Shown here: piece after piece, positions 38,091 to 46,463 of the stretch
Layout of the letters: each line of letters starts with the position of its first letter
Position numbering within the stretch: the stretch's first letter is position 1
From: Sumerlaeia bacterium
GTDB taxonomy: Bacteria > Sumerlaeota > Sumerlaeia > SLMS01 > JAHLLQ01
Length of the DNA stretch: 64,000 nt
Direction of reading: 5' to 3'
Assembly (NCBI GenBank): GCA_040219255.1
Contig: JAVJSW010000049.1
Coordinates: 128,001 to 192,000, forward strand
Notes under the pieces: generated by a model
What the model was told of the DNA's origin: nothing
The model's database searches: none
The model's input: only the letters and a program-made list of their open reading frames with translations
Position numbers and translations under genes: made by a program

Positions 38091-39518
38091 ATGCCACACA
38101 ATTTCAGAAACCACCTCCTGGGCTTCGCCGCCCTCAGCGCCCTTCCGCTTCTCGCTTCCGGAGCCGGCGCGCAGACACTCATCGAGAACTTTGAATTCGC
38201 CACCGACAACGCCGCCACCTCCGCCGCTCTGACCGTTGGCGTGGACCCTTCCGTGACCCTGAATCCCGTCAGCGGTTCCGGCGCCGACGCCAACGAGGGC
38301 ACTTTCTCCCTGGGCCTGGACCTCAATCTGGGCGGCGCCGCCTTCGAATCCGGGTTCGTGCGCCGCGTCCTCGCCGCGCCGGTCGCACTGTCCAAACCCT
38401 ACACCACCAGCGGCGTCGACAGCGACAACATCGCCGACCTGCGCGTCACCATCGACGTCAAGGGTGCCCCCGCCTTCGCCAGTTCCCTGAACACCAACCT
38501 GTGGATTCGCCTCAACGAAGCCGATGGCGACATCTGGCGCTACATCAACTTCAGCGACCCCGCCCTCAACGCCGCCACCTACACCGACGACCTGCGCCTG
38601 TTCGGCTTGGTTGATCGCGATGGGGCCTCCACCGGCGACGGCAACTTCACGGAAATCGTCAGCGTCGATCTGCTGATCCAAAACCCCGACGCCGTCGCCA
38701 AAGTGGGCACCATCTTCCTCGACGATCTGAAGGTGGAAGAACCCTCCGACGGCCCCACCTCCACCGGCCTGACCTATGTGGTGCCCCTGATCGATCCCGG
38801 CAACGCCCCCGACGTGACGGATTCCACCTTCGACGCGATCTTCGACAACGGCGGCGCCCATCAGGTCATCACCGGCGAGGACTGGAAAGACTGGGCTTCC
38901 CGCGCTTCCGACGAAGGCACTCCGATCACCGACAACCCCACCTCGGGCACGGAAATCGCCGCCACGTCCAAGGCCTATCTGCTCAGCGACGGCGACACCC
39001 TGTACTTCGGCATGCTCGTTTACGATCCCGACACCTCGGCCATGACCGCCGACACGGGCGACGACACCTATACGAAGTTCAATGTGGAAGACATCGAGGT
39101 CGCCTTCTCCGCCCTCTCCGGCGCCGCAGGCGTCAGCGACGCGGTCAAGCTGACCGCCGACGCTTTCGGAAACTTCGACGACATGATGCCCGACAGCCCC
39201 GCCGGCACGGCGATCAACACGTCGGCCCTGACGAACAGCAACAGCTACATCATCGACGCTAACACCTGGGCCGTGGAATGGAGCGTCGGCATCAATGAGT
39301 TGGTCAACCTCAGCGCGGCCAATCTCACGAACACCCTGCCCAGCGCACCGGGCACCTGGTACGGCCATATCGGCTATCAGTCGCCCTTCCCCACGGCCAA
39401 CCCGCGCGTTCCGCTCTATGCCGCCGGCCACGCCAACGGCTTCGCGAACTTCTCGGTCGAGTTCCTGCTTCCCGGCCCGGCTTCCGCCCACCTCGCCGTG
39501 TGGTCGCTCTACGAGTAA
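38091..39518 (+). CDS. Secreted two-domain protein (CBM-like + CBM9/DOMON-like) with C-terminal Trp tail
   Basis: AGGAG RBS, signal peptide; 'LIENFE...IFLDDLKV' jelly-roll; 'AYLLSDGDTLYFGMLVYD...EDIEVAF...WAVEWSV' CBM9-like; ends SAHLAVWSLYE. Confidence 0.7.
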   Translation: MPHNFRNHLLGFAALSALPLLASGAGAQTLIENFEFATDNAATSAALTVGVDPSVTLNPVSGSGADANEGTFSLGLDLNLGGAAFESGFVRRVLAAPVALSKPYTTSGVDSDNIADLRVTIDVKGAPAFASSLNTNLWIRLNEADGDIWRYINFSDPALNAATYTDDLRLFGLVDRDGASTGDGNFTEIVSVDLLIQNPDAVAKVGTIFLDDLKVEEPSDGPTSTGLTYVVPLIDPGNAPDVTDSTFDAIFDNGGAHQVITGEDWKDWASRASDEGTPITDNPTSGTEIAATSKAYLLSDGDTLYFGMLVYDPDTSAMTADTGDDTYTKFNVEDIEVAFSALSGAAGVSDAVKLTADAFGNFDDMMPDSPAGTAINTSALTNSNSYIIDANTWAVEWSVGINELVNLSAANLTNTLPSAPGTWYGHIGYQSPFPTANPRVPLYAAGHANGFANFSVEFLLPGPASAHLAVWSLYE

Positions 39519-39552
39519 AACCACCGGCCCTCTGACAGGCATCCTCCACACA

Positions 39553-39597
39553 AAGAAACCCAGCGTTGAGCGACAAGACTCGGACGCTGGGTTTCTT
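39553..39597. terminator. Bidirectional terminator between convergent genes
   Basis: AAGAAACCCAGCGT...ACGCTGGGTTTCTT perfect 14-bp inverted repeat. Confidence 0.75.
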
Positions 39598-39619
39598 CTT
39601 GAGATCCCGGGCTTGCGGC

Positions 39620-40312
39620 TTACCCCGGGAACGCCCGCGAAGGAATCCGGAACACGTTCCCCATGCTGACCGTTCCGTTCGTCGGATCGTAGCGATTCCC
39701 CAGGTTGTACCGCGACATCGATATCGTGACGCCATTTTCATCCACCACGTGCAGCGTCTGGCTCGGGCCCACGCTGAACAGCAGCCACCGCGCCGGCGTC
39801 AGCGCCGGATCCGTTACCGCCGTGTCCGGGCCGATACCCTCCATCCTGCCGTTGCCCACCGCGTCGGCCGGCACCAGCACCGCCATCGCCGTCGTCCTCG
39901 TGCCGTCGAGATAGCCGAAACCGGCCCGCTCGTAGTAATACGGCCCCTCTGTAAACGTCAGCCCGGAGCCCGAATCGAGCGGATGCTTGAAGGCGTCTTG
40001 CGGCACATCGGTCATGTACGCGATCGGCGTCGTCAGCCCGCCGGGCCGCTCCACCGCGTTCAGCCGCGGATAGCCTTCGGGCACCATGAACAGCGCCCCG
40101 CCCACCGACTCCGAATACGGATAGGTGTTGTTGTCCACCGCGTAGGCCTCGACCGCCGTGGCGATGGTGCGCATGTCCGACGCCACGCGCGAGACCTTAC
40201 TGCGCGTCTGCGCCTCCAGGAAATTCGGCACGGCGATCGCCGCCAGGATCGCGATGATCGCCACCACGATCAAGAGTTCGATGAGTGTGAATGCTTGTGT
40301 TCTGTTCTTCAT
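39620..40312 (-). CDS. Prepilin-type N-terminal cleavage/methylation protein 3
   Basis: QA|FTLIELLIVVAIIAILAAIAVPNF; same downstream conserved blocks as paralogues 1 and 2. Confidence 0.88.
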   Translation of the reverse strand: MKNRTQAFTLIELLIVVAIIAILAAIAVPNFLEAQTRSKVSRVASDMRTIATAVEAYAVDNNTYPYSESVGGALFMVPEGYPRLNAVERPGGLTTPIAYMTDVPQDAFKHPLDSGSGLTFTEGPYYYERAGFGYLDGTRTTAMAVLVPADAVGNGRMEGIGPDTAVTDPALTPARWLLFSVGPSQTLHVVDENGVTISMSRYNLGNRYDPTNGTVSMGNVFRIPSRAFPG

Positions 40313-40566
40313 GATATTCAATCCAGCCTCCAATACAGCGGGTGATTTCGAACGGTCTTGTGGACCTTCCAATTCCGATTTCACGCATCCTATTTCCCGC
40401 CCCCTCACCGGTCAAGGTTCATCGGGCCGCACGGAAAGCTTTGTCCTGTAGGGGACAAAAGCGCAAACTGGCCAATCTATTCATCCTTGATGGGAGAACC
40501 TCCGGTCATGCCGACGGGGCCTTGCTCTTCATTCGAGCTTTACCTACCCCTCCTCGAAACTAACCC

Positions 40567-40595
40567 CTCCGTGCCTTCGTGTCTCCGTGGTGAAA
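40567..40595 (-). repeat. Periodic CCACGGAG 3'-flank element
   Basis: Minus strand TCACCACGGAGACACGAAGGCACGGAG; 23/27 identical to 62276-62302. Confidence 0.7.
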
Positions 40596-40612
40596 CCTCT
40601 TCAAGGCGGCGC

Positions 40613-41959
40613 CTAAACCCCTGCCAGCGCCGCCTCCGGCTCCCGCGTCAACACCTCGCCCAGCAGCGTATGCGAGTGCCCCTCGGTGATCCGCACGTCC
40701 ACCAGTTGGCCGACGAGCCGCTCCTCGCCGCTGAACACCACCGTCTTGTCCGTGCGCGTGCGGCCTTTCAGGTCGTTGCCGCGGCGGCTCGGGCCCTCGA
40801 CCAGAACCTGGTGCACGCGGCCCACTTCGGCGGCGTTCAGCTCGGCGCTGATGCGCTCCTGCAGCGCGATCAGCCGCTCCAGCCGGTCCTTCTTCACCAA
40901 CATCGGCAGTTGATCCTCCAGCGTGGCGGCGGGCGTTCCCTGGCGCGGGCTGTACATGAACATGAACGCCGTGTCGTAGCGCATGTCCTCCACCAGCCGC
41001 AGCGTGTCCTGGAACTCCTCCTCCGTCTCGCCGGGAAAGCCGACGATGATGTCGGTCGTCAGGCCACAGACCGGATTCTGCTCGCGGAATTGATCCACCA
41101 GCATGCGGTAGCGTTCGATGTTGTAGGCGCGCTTCATGTTGCGCAGCACGGTGTTGTTGCCGGCCTGAACGGGCAGGTGCAGGCTTTCCATCACCTTCTC
41201 GCACTCGGCGATGGCCGAGAGGTGGCGGCGCTGGGCGCTCTTGGGGTTCGACGTGGTGTAGCGGATGCGCCAGAGCCCCTCGATCTCGTTCAGCGCGTGC
41301 AGCAAATCGGCGAAGTCGTGGCGGTCGTCGTCGCGATAGGAATTCACGTTCTGGCCCAGGAGACAAATCTCTTTGTACCCGCGAGAGACGAGGTCCTCGC
41401 ATTCCGCGACGATTTCCGCCATCGGCCGGCTCCACTCCACCCCGCGCGTGTAGGGCACGATGCAGAAGGTGCATTTGTTGTTACAGCCGAACATGATGTT
41501 CACGAACGCCTTCAGGCCGCTCTTGCGCGCCGGCAACGTCGGCAGCGACAACGGTTTATCCAGGTCCTCGATGCTGACAAAGCGGTCGCCCGTGCGGCGC
41601 ACTTCGTCCACCAGTTGATCGACCTTCACATAATCCCGCGTCCCCATGATCAGGTCCACGTGGGGGAATTTTTCCAGCAGTTCCTGGCCCTTGTCCTGCG
41701 CCGCGCAGCCGCTGATCGCGATCACCATGTCGGGGTTTTTCGCCTTCGCCGGCTTCAACGACATCACCCGCCCATAGGCCCGCTGCTCGGCCCCGTCGCG
41801 CACCGTGCAGGTGTTGAAGACGATCACGTCAGCGTCGTGCTCGTTCTCTTCGGGGGCCTGCTCCTCGAGCCCCCGATTGCGCAGCAGCGCCGCCATGATT
41901 TCGCTGTCATGCTCGTTCATCTGACAGCCATAGGTGATGATGCGGTACTTGCCGGCCAT
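40613..41959 (-). CDS. miaB: tRNA-2-methylthio-N6-dimethylallyladenosine synthase MiaB
   Basis: TYGCQMNEHDSE, NTCTVR, GCNNKCTFCIVP (radical SAM), LLGQNVNSY, DIIVGFPGET, C-terminal TRAM. Confidence 0.95.
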   Translation of the reverse strand: MAGKYRIITYGCQMNEHDSEIMAALLRNRGLEEQAPEENEHDADVIVFNTCTVRDGAEQRAYGRVMSLKPAKAKNPDMVIAISGCAAQDKGQELLEKFPHVDLIMGTRDYVKVDQLVDEVRRTGDRFVSIEDLDKPLSLPTLPARKSGLKAFVNIMFGCNNKCTFCIVPYTRGVEWSRPMAEIVAECEDLVSRGYKEICLLGQNVNSYRDDDRHDFADLLHALNEIEGLWRIRYTTSNPKSAQRRHLSAIAECEKVMESLHLPVQAGNNTVLRNMKRAYNIERYRMLVDQFREQNPVCGLTTDIIVGFPGETEEEFQDTLRLVEDMRYDTAFMFMYSPRQGTPAATLEDQLPMLVKKDRLERLIALQERISAELNAAEVGRVHQVLVEGPSRRGNDLKGRTRTDKTVVFSGEERLVGQLVDVRITEGHSHTLLGEVLTREPEAALAGV

Positions 41960-42147
41960 GATGCGTGCGGTGCTCCGGGTGCGAAGGGCGTCGTGAATTC
42001 TCGGCGGCAAGCGAAATCTCTCGCCAGCGCGTGGAGCAATGTCCCGGCCCGCCGCGGGTTTGTCAAGGCGCGCCGGGGTCGGGAGTCCAACGCCCGGCGG
42101 CGAAAAACCGAAAGGGCAAAGGATCGCGGGCGGAGAGACCCGATGTG

Positions 42148-42218
42148 CGATAAGTGTATTTTGTCTATCTTGTCCCGTAAGCTCCACATGAGGGGACAAA
42201 CGGCCCGGCCTGTGAAAC
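42148..42218. repeat. 71-bp dispersed intergenic repeat, copy B
   Basis: 62/71 identity with 11510-11580, same orientation. Confidence 0.85.
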
Positions 42219-42312
42219 ACTCTCCCCGGATCGTCACCTCACCGGGAGCCCCCACGCCATGACCACCCTATCGCACACCGAGCCGGCCACCTTACCGGCC
42301 ACCCGTTTATCG

Positions 42313-43782
42313 CTATTCCGTCCGCTGGATGATGTGGAAGCCGAACTGGGTTTCCACGATGTCGGCGGCGACTTCGCCGGGTTCGAGGGCGAACGCCGCG
42401 TTTTCGAACGGCGGCACCATCTGACCTTGACCGAACGTGCCGAGGTCGCCGCCTTGCGGGGCGCTGGGGCCGTCGGATTCGGTGCGGGCGAATTCCTCGA
42501 AACGCGACGGGTCCGCCTTCACCTGGGCCAGGAGGCCCAGCGCCTTCGCCCGGGCTTCTTCCTTGGTGCGGCTGCCGACTTTGTCGGAAGCCGACGCGGC
42601 GCCTTCGTAGGCGATCAGGATGTGGCGCGCGCCGATGGTGGCCGGCCACTCGGCCTGTTCGTCCGCCGCGGCCGCTTCCTGCGTCAGCTCCGGCATCGAC
42701 GTCATCAGCGGCGCGACCTTGAATCGCGGAAGCTGGAACGCCCAGCCATCGGCCATGCGGTCAATGCGCGCCGCTTCCTCGATCACTTCCTCCACGGACT
42801 TGAGCGTGTCGCTGTTCGGCACGTCCACGTTCCGCAGGGTTTCCTCGTATCGGGCCTCGATGATGCCGTAGTACGTCGCCGGGCTGCCTTCGGTGCGGCT
42901 CAGCGTCAGACTCAGCATCAGACCGTCGTAGGTGGTCGCCGTGATGAGGGTCTGGCTCGTCAGATCGCTCGGCGGTTTGGACATGACCTCCTCGAAGCTC
43001 AGACCCTGGAACGCGCGGCCGAGGGCCGTGAAGTTCGATTGGGGCTTGGCTTCGCGGCCGGCCGGCACGGCCTTGATGCTCCAGTCGCCGCGGGAGCCAT
43101 CGGTGCGGACGAGTTCGGCCGACAGCTTCGACGGGTCGCCGTAGAGCGGCCCGATGCTGAGGTCGCTCAGCCGGTTCGGATCGATGTCCGTCAGGTCCTT
43201 CTCCATCCAGTCGTCCACCCGCGGCTGGGGCTTGGACATCTGGGTCTTGGCGAAATAGGTCTGGTCGCTGCCCACGGGCCGCATGTAGACGCCGACGGTG
43301 TTGTCGTCAAGAGCCCGGCCGCTGTTGCCCAGGATGACGGACAGAAGCGGATCGCCGCTCTCTCCGAGCGTGACCAGCCGGCTGTCGGCGCCCGGTTCGG
43401 CGGGATCGCCCAGGCCCAGCTTTTCGTGCAGCGCGCGATTGGAGGTCTTCGCCTCCACATCGCGCATGGTTCCGAAGCCCCGCAGCAGATCGACCACTTT
43501 GTCCTCAGCGGCGAAGTAGCCTTCGCCGCCCTCAAGGCGCCAGACGCCCTCGACCCTGGCGAGTTCGAGCGTTTCCGCCGGACCCTTGACTTCGATGCGT
43601 TCGATGGTTTCGAGCTTCTGGCCAAAGTCCTCCGGCAGGAGGCCGGCGGTGGCCGTGGCGGAACCCCGGTCCCCAGTGGCGGCGGGGCTCGCCGGTTCGT
43701 CCTCTTGAAGGATCCACCAGGCGCCCAGCACCGCCAGCGCCGTGATCACGGTCACGATTGCGAGTGTTTTGAATTCTTTCAC
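42313..43782 (-). CDS. DUF4340-like membrane-anchored protein fused to parvulin-type PPIase
   Basis: N-terminal TM; last gene of Gld-like ABC operon; C-terminal 'ARHILI...FEEFARTESD...GGDLGTF..GQMVPPFENAAF...VETQFGFHIIQR' rotamase. Confidence 0.8.
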   Translation of the reverse strand: MKEFKTLAIVTVITALAVLGAWWILQEDEPASPAATGDRGSATATAGLLPEDFGQKLETIERIEVKGPAETLELARVEGVWRLEGGEGYFAAEDKVVDLLRGFGTMRDVEAKTSNRALHEKLGLGDPAEPGADSRLVTLGESGDPLLSVILGNSGRALDDNTVGVYMRPVGSDQTYFAKTQMSKPQPRVDDWMEKDLTDIDPNRLSDLSIGPLYGDPSKLSAELVRTDGSRGDWSIKAVPAGREAKPQSNFTALGRAFQGLSFEEVMSKPPSDLTSQTLITATTYDGLMLSLTLSRTEGSPATYYGIIEARYEETLRNVDVPNSDTLKSVEEVIEEAARIDRMADGWAFQLPRFKVAPLMTSMPELTQEAAAADEQAEWPATIGARHILIAYEGAASASDKVGSRTKEEARAKALGLLAQVKADPSRFEEFARTESDGPSAPQGGDLGTFGQGQMVPPFENAAFALEPGEVAADIVETQFGFHIIQRTE

Positions 43783-43789
43783 GATCCAG

Positions 43790-45691
43790 TTACCTCCGTC
43801 GGCGGCGCGACACGCGGATGCCGCCCACCACCAGGGCCGCGAGGGCCACCAGCAGCGGAACCGCTCCCAGGTTGATGAGCTTGAGGCGCGTGCCCAGTTC
43901 GTCGATGTCGGCGCGCAATTGGCGCCGCACCTCGCGAAGCTCGACGCGCGTTTCCGCCCGCTTCTCTTGCAGTTTCTCGATTTCCTGGCGTTGCTCCGGC
44001 GTCATCACGAGGGCGTTGGCGTCCTCGCGGCCGGCTTGCAGTTCGGTAATGCGCTGCTCGGTTTCTTCCAGAGCGGCGCGCAACTCTTCCTGGCGCTCGC
44101 GGAACCGCTCCTGCGCCTGCTCTTCCAGGTCGTTGACGACTTCGAAGGGACGCTGGAAGGAGCCGCGGCCGCGGACGCTGATAAGCGCTTCGCTACCGAA
44201 CAGATTCTCCACCGCGTTCAGAGCGAAGTCGCCGTTGCTGGCCTGCGGCTGATAGATGCGCTGGCCGAAGAACGGAATGACCTGCACCCAGTAGCGGTCG
44301 AAAATCATGTCCACGTCGGACACCAGGATCACGTTGATCGGGGACTGGGCCTCGGCGATGTGCTCCTCGTCGGCGGGGGCTTCCTCGCCATCGGCGGCGG
44401 GGGCGCCATTGGGGAACGCGGAGGGCACCTGACCGGTCAGGCGCACGGCCATCGGGAAGGTCTGACCGGAGGGTTCGAATTCCTTCAGCAGTTCCGAGGG
44501 ATTCTGCACGAAGCGGATTTCGCTCACCGGCTTGAGCATCGACTCGGTCGAAGATTCGACCAGTGTGGTGACTTCCGCCTTGGCGTCCTCGGCGATCTGG
44601 AAGGCGCCAGGCTGGAAGTAGATGAGGCCCTGGTTGATGTTGTTGGTCACCACATCGTCCTGGTTGAGGTATTCCTCGCCCAGGAGGCGGAGCAGGTTCG
44701 GCGCGTTGACTTGCTCGATGCCGCGCTGGGTCTGCACCGGAACCTGAAGGGCCGCTTCGCGATCCAGCAGGACCTGGCCGTCGGCCAGGGTCACGCCCCA
44801 GTTTTCCTCTAGGACGCCGAGCGACGAAGACTTGTCTGCGGTGAAGGCGGCGAACTGGTTCTGTGGGTCCGGGGGGGGTTGATAGACGTCGGCGAAGCTG
44901 TCGACGAAGGCCAGCAGGCGGCCGCCGCGCAGCACGAACTGGTCGATGGCGTAGAGCGTCGCTTCGCTCAGGTTCATCGGCTGAATCACGATCAGGACGT
45001 CGACATCGTCGGGGATGCGGCGGGTGCCGGTGGAGACTTCGCGAACGTCGTAGAGTTGGCTGAGCATGTCGTAGATGACCCAGGGCTGGGACCCGCGGCC
45101 CTGCATGCGGGCCATCATGTCCTGTTCGCCCATGACGGGCAGGTTGGTCATCAGACCGACGACCTTTTCCTCGAAGTCGGAGAGTTCGTACACCGAGCGG
45201 GTCAGATCGTATTCGAGGAGGTTTTCACGGCGGGGATCGAAGAAGGCGATGACTTCCTTTTCGTCGATCGTGTTGGTCAACACGGCGCCGAAGAAGAAGG
45301 GGTCGCCACCTTGTTGCAGGGGAGCGGCCTGCAACCCGGCCAGGGAGGCCTGATCTTCCTCTTCCGAGAAAGGTTCCGGGTTGATCACCGTCAGGGTCAT
45401 TTTGTCCCCGGCGATGTCGCTGTATTCGCGCAGGAGTTCCTGGACATAGTTCCCGTAGCTCTTGAGGCTCGGGTAGCCGCTGGCCATTTGCTCGGAGAAG
45501 TAGAAGGTGACCTCGATCGGTTCCTCCAGATTGCGGAGAATCTCGCGGGTGCCCTCAGAGAGCGTGTAGAGCTTCTCCTCGGTCAGGTCCACGCGCGCTC
45601 CGCGAAAGAGCCCCCGGCTGATAATGTTCACCGCGACCAAGAGGACCACGGCGAGCAGGAGGCCTGTGAGGGAGAATAGTTTTCTTCCCAT
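43790..45691 (-). CDS. GldG-like ABC transporter auxiliary component
   Basis: 'RVDLTEEKLYTLSEGT', 'NPEPFSEEED', 'EYDLTR', 'AIDQFVLRGG', C-terminal coiled coil + TM. Confidence 0.88.
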   Translation of the reverse strand: MGRKLFSLTGLLLAVVLLVAVNIISRGLFRGARVDLTEEKLYTLSEGTREILRNLEEPIEVTFYFSEQMASGYPSLKSYGNYVQELLREYSDIAGDKMTLTVINPEPFSEEEDQASLAGLQAAPLQQGGDPFFFGAVLTNTIDEKEVIAFFDPRRENLLEYDLTRSVYELSDFEEKVVGLMTNLPVMGEQDMMARMQGRGSQPWVIYDMLSQLYDVREVSTGTRRIPDDVDVLIVIQPMNLSEATLYAIDQFVLRGGRLLAFVDSFADVYQPPPDPQNQFAAFTADKSSSLGVLEENWGVTLADGQVLLDREAALQVPVQTQRGIEQVNAPNLLRLLGEEYLNQDDVVTNNINQGLIYFQPGAFQIAEDAKAEVTTLVESSTESMLKPVSEIRFVQNPSELLKEFEPSGQTFPMAVRLTGQVPSAFPNGAPAADGEEAPADEEHIAEAQSPINVILVSDVDMIFDRYWVQVIPFFGQRIYQPQASNGDFALNAVENLFGSEALISVRGRGSFQRPFEVVNDLEEQAQERFRERQEELRAALEETEQRITELQAGREDANALVMTPEQRQEIEKLQEKRAETRVELREVRRQLRADIDELGTRLKLINLGAVPLLVALAALVVGGIRVSRRRRR

Positions 45692-45728
45692 GATTGAAGC
45701 AGTCCTTATTTGACAGAATCGCCAGGGC

Positions 45729-46463
45729 TCAGCGGCCCTTCTTCATGCCAACGACAACCGCGTTGGCGAACAGGAACGTTGCGATGAGCGTGGCGAAGAA
45801 CACCAGGTCGCGCACCTCGATCCGTCCCTGGGTGATCGCGTTGAAGCGATTCAGGAAGCTGAAGTAGCTGATCGTATCCACCACCGGCTGGGGCAGCCAG
45901 CTGCTGAACGCGTCCATTACCATTGGAAAGTTCGCCACCAGGAACAGGAAGCAGACGACCACGCTGAGCACGAAGGCGATGACTTGGTTCTTGGTCACCG
46001 CGGAAATGCAGGAGCCGATGGACAGGTAAGCCCCGGCCATCAGGAAACTGCCCAGATAGCTGGCGAGGATCACGCCGTTGTCGGGCTCGCCCAGGTAATT
46101 GACGGTGATCCACATCGGAAACGTCAGGGCCAGCGCGATGCCGGTGAAGGCCCAGGCGGCGAGGAACTTGCCGATGACAGCCTCGCCCATGGAGATGGGC
46201 AGCGTCAGCAGCAGTTCGATGGTGCCTTGCTTGCGTTCCTCGGCCCACAGGCGCATCGAAATGGCCGGGATCAGGAAGAGGTAAAGCCAGGGATGGAAGT
46301 TGAAGAAGGGAACGAGGTCGGCCTGGTTGCGGGCGTAGAAGTTCCCCAGATAGAACGTGAACGCACCCGTCAGCAGCAGGAACACGACGATGAAAATGTA
46401 AGCCACCGGCGTGACGAAATAGCCGGTCAGCTCGCGTTTGAAGATCGAAAGGGAGGGTTTCAT
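45729..46463 (-). CDS. GldF-like ABC-2 permease
   Basis: 'FKRELTGYFVTPVAY', 'SMRLWAEERKQGTIELLLTLP', 'TKNQVIAF'. Confidence 0.92.
   Translation of the reverse strand: MKPSLSIFKRELTGYFVTPVAYIFIVVFLLLTGAFTFYLGNFYARNQADLVPFFNFHPWLYLFLIPAISMRLWAEERKQGTIELLLTLPISMGEAVIGKFLAAWAFTGIALALTFPMWITVNYLGEPDNGVILASYLGSFLMAGAYLSIGSCISAVTKNQVIAFVLSVVVCFLFLVANFPMVMDAFSSWLPQPVVDTISYFSFLNRFNAITQGRIEVRDLVFFATLIATFLFANAVVVGMKKGR

Noticed and set aside
30686-40312. Diversity-generating retroelement or shufflon acting on the pilin paralogues
   Set aside because: No reverse transcriptase or recombinase in the window; the paralogues differ at synonymous sites and by indels, consistent with old duplication.
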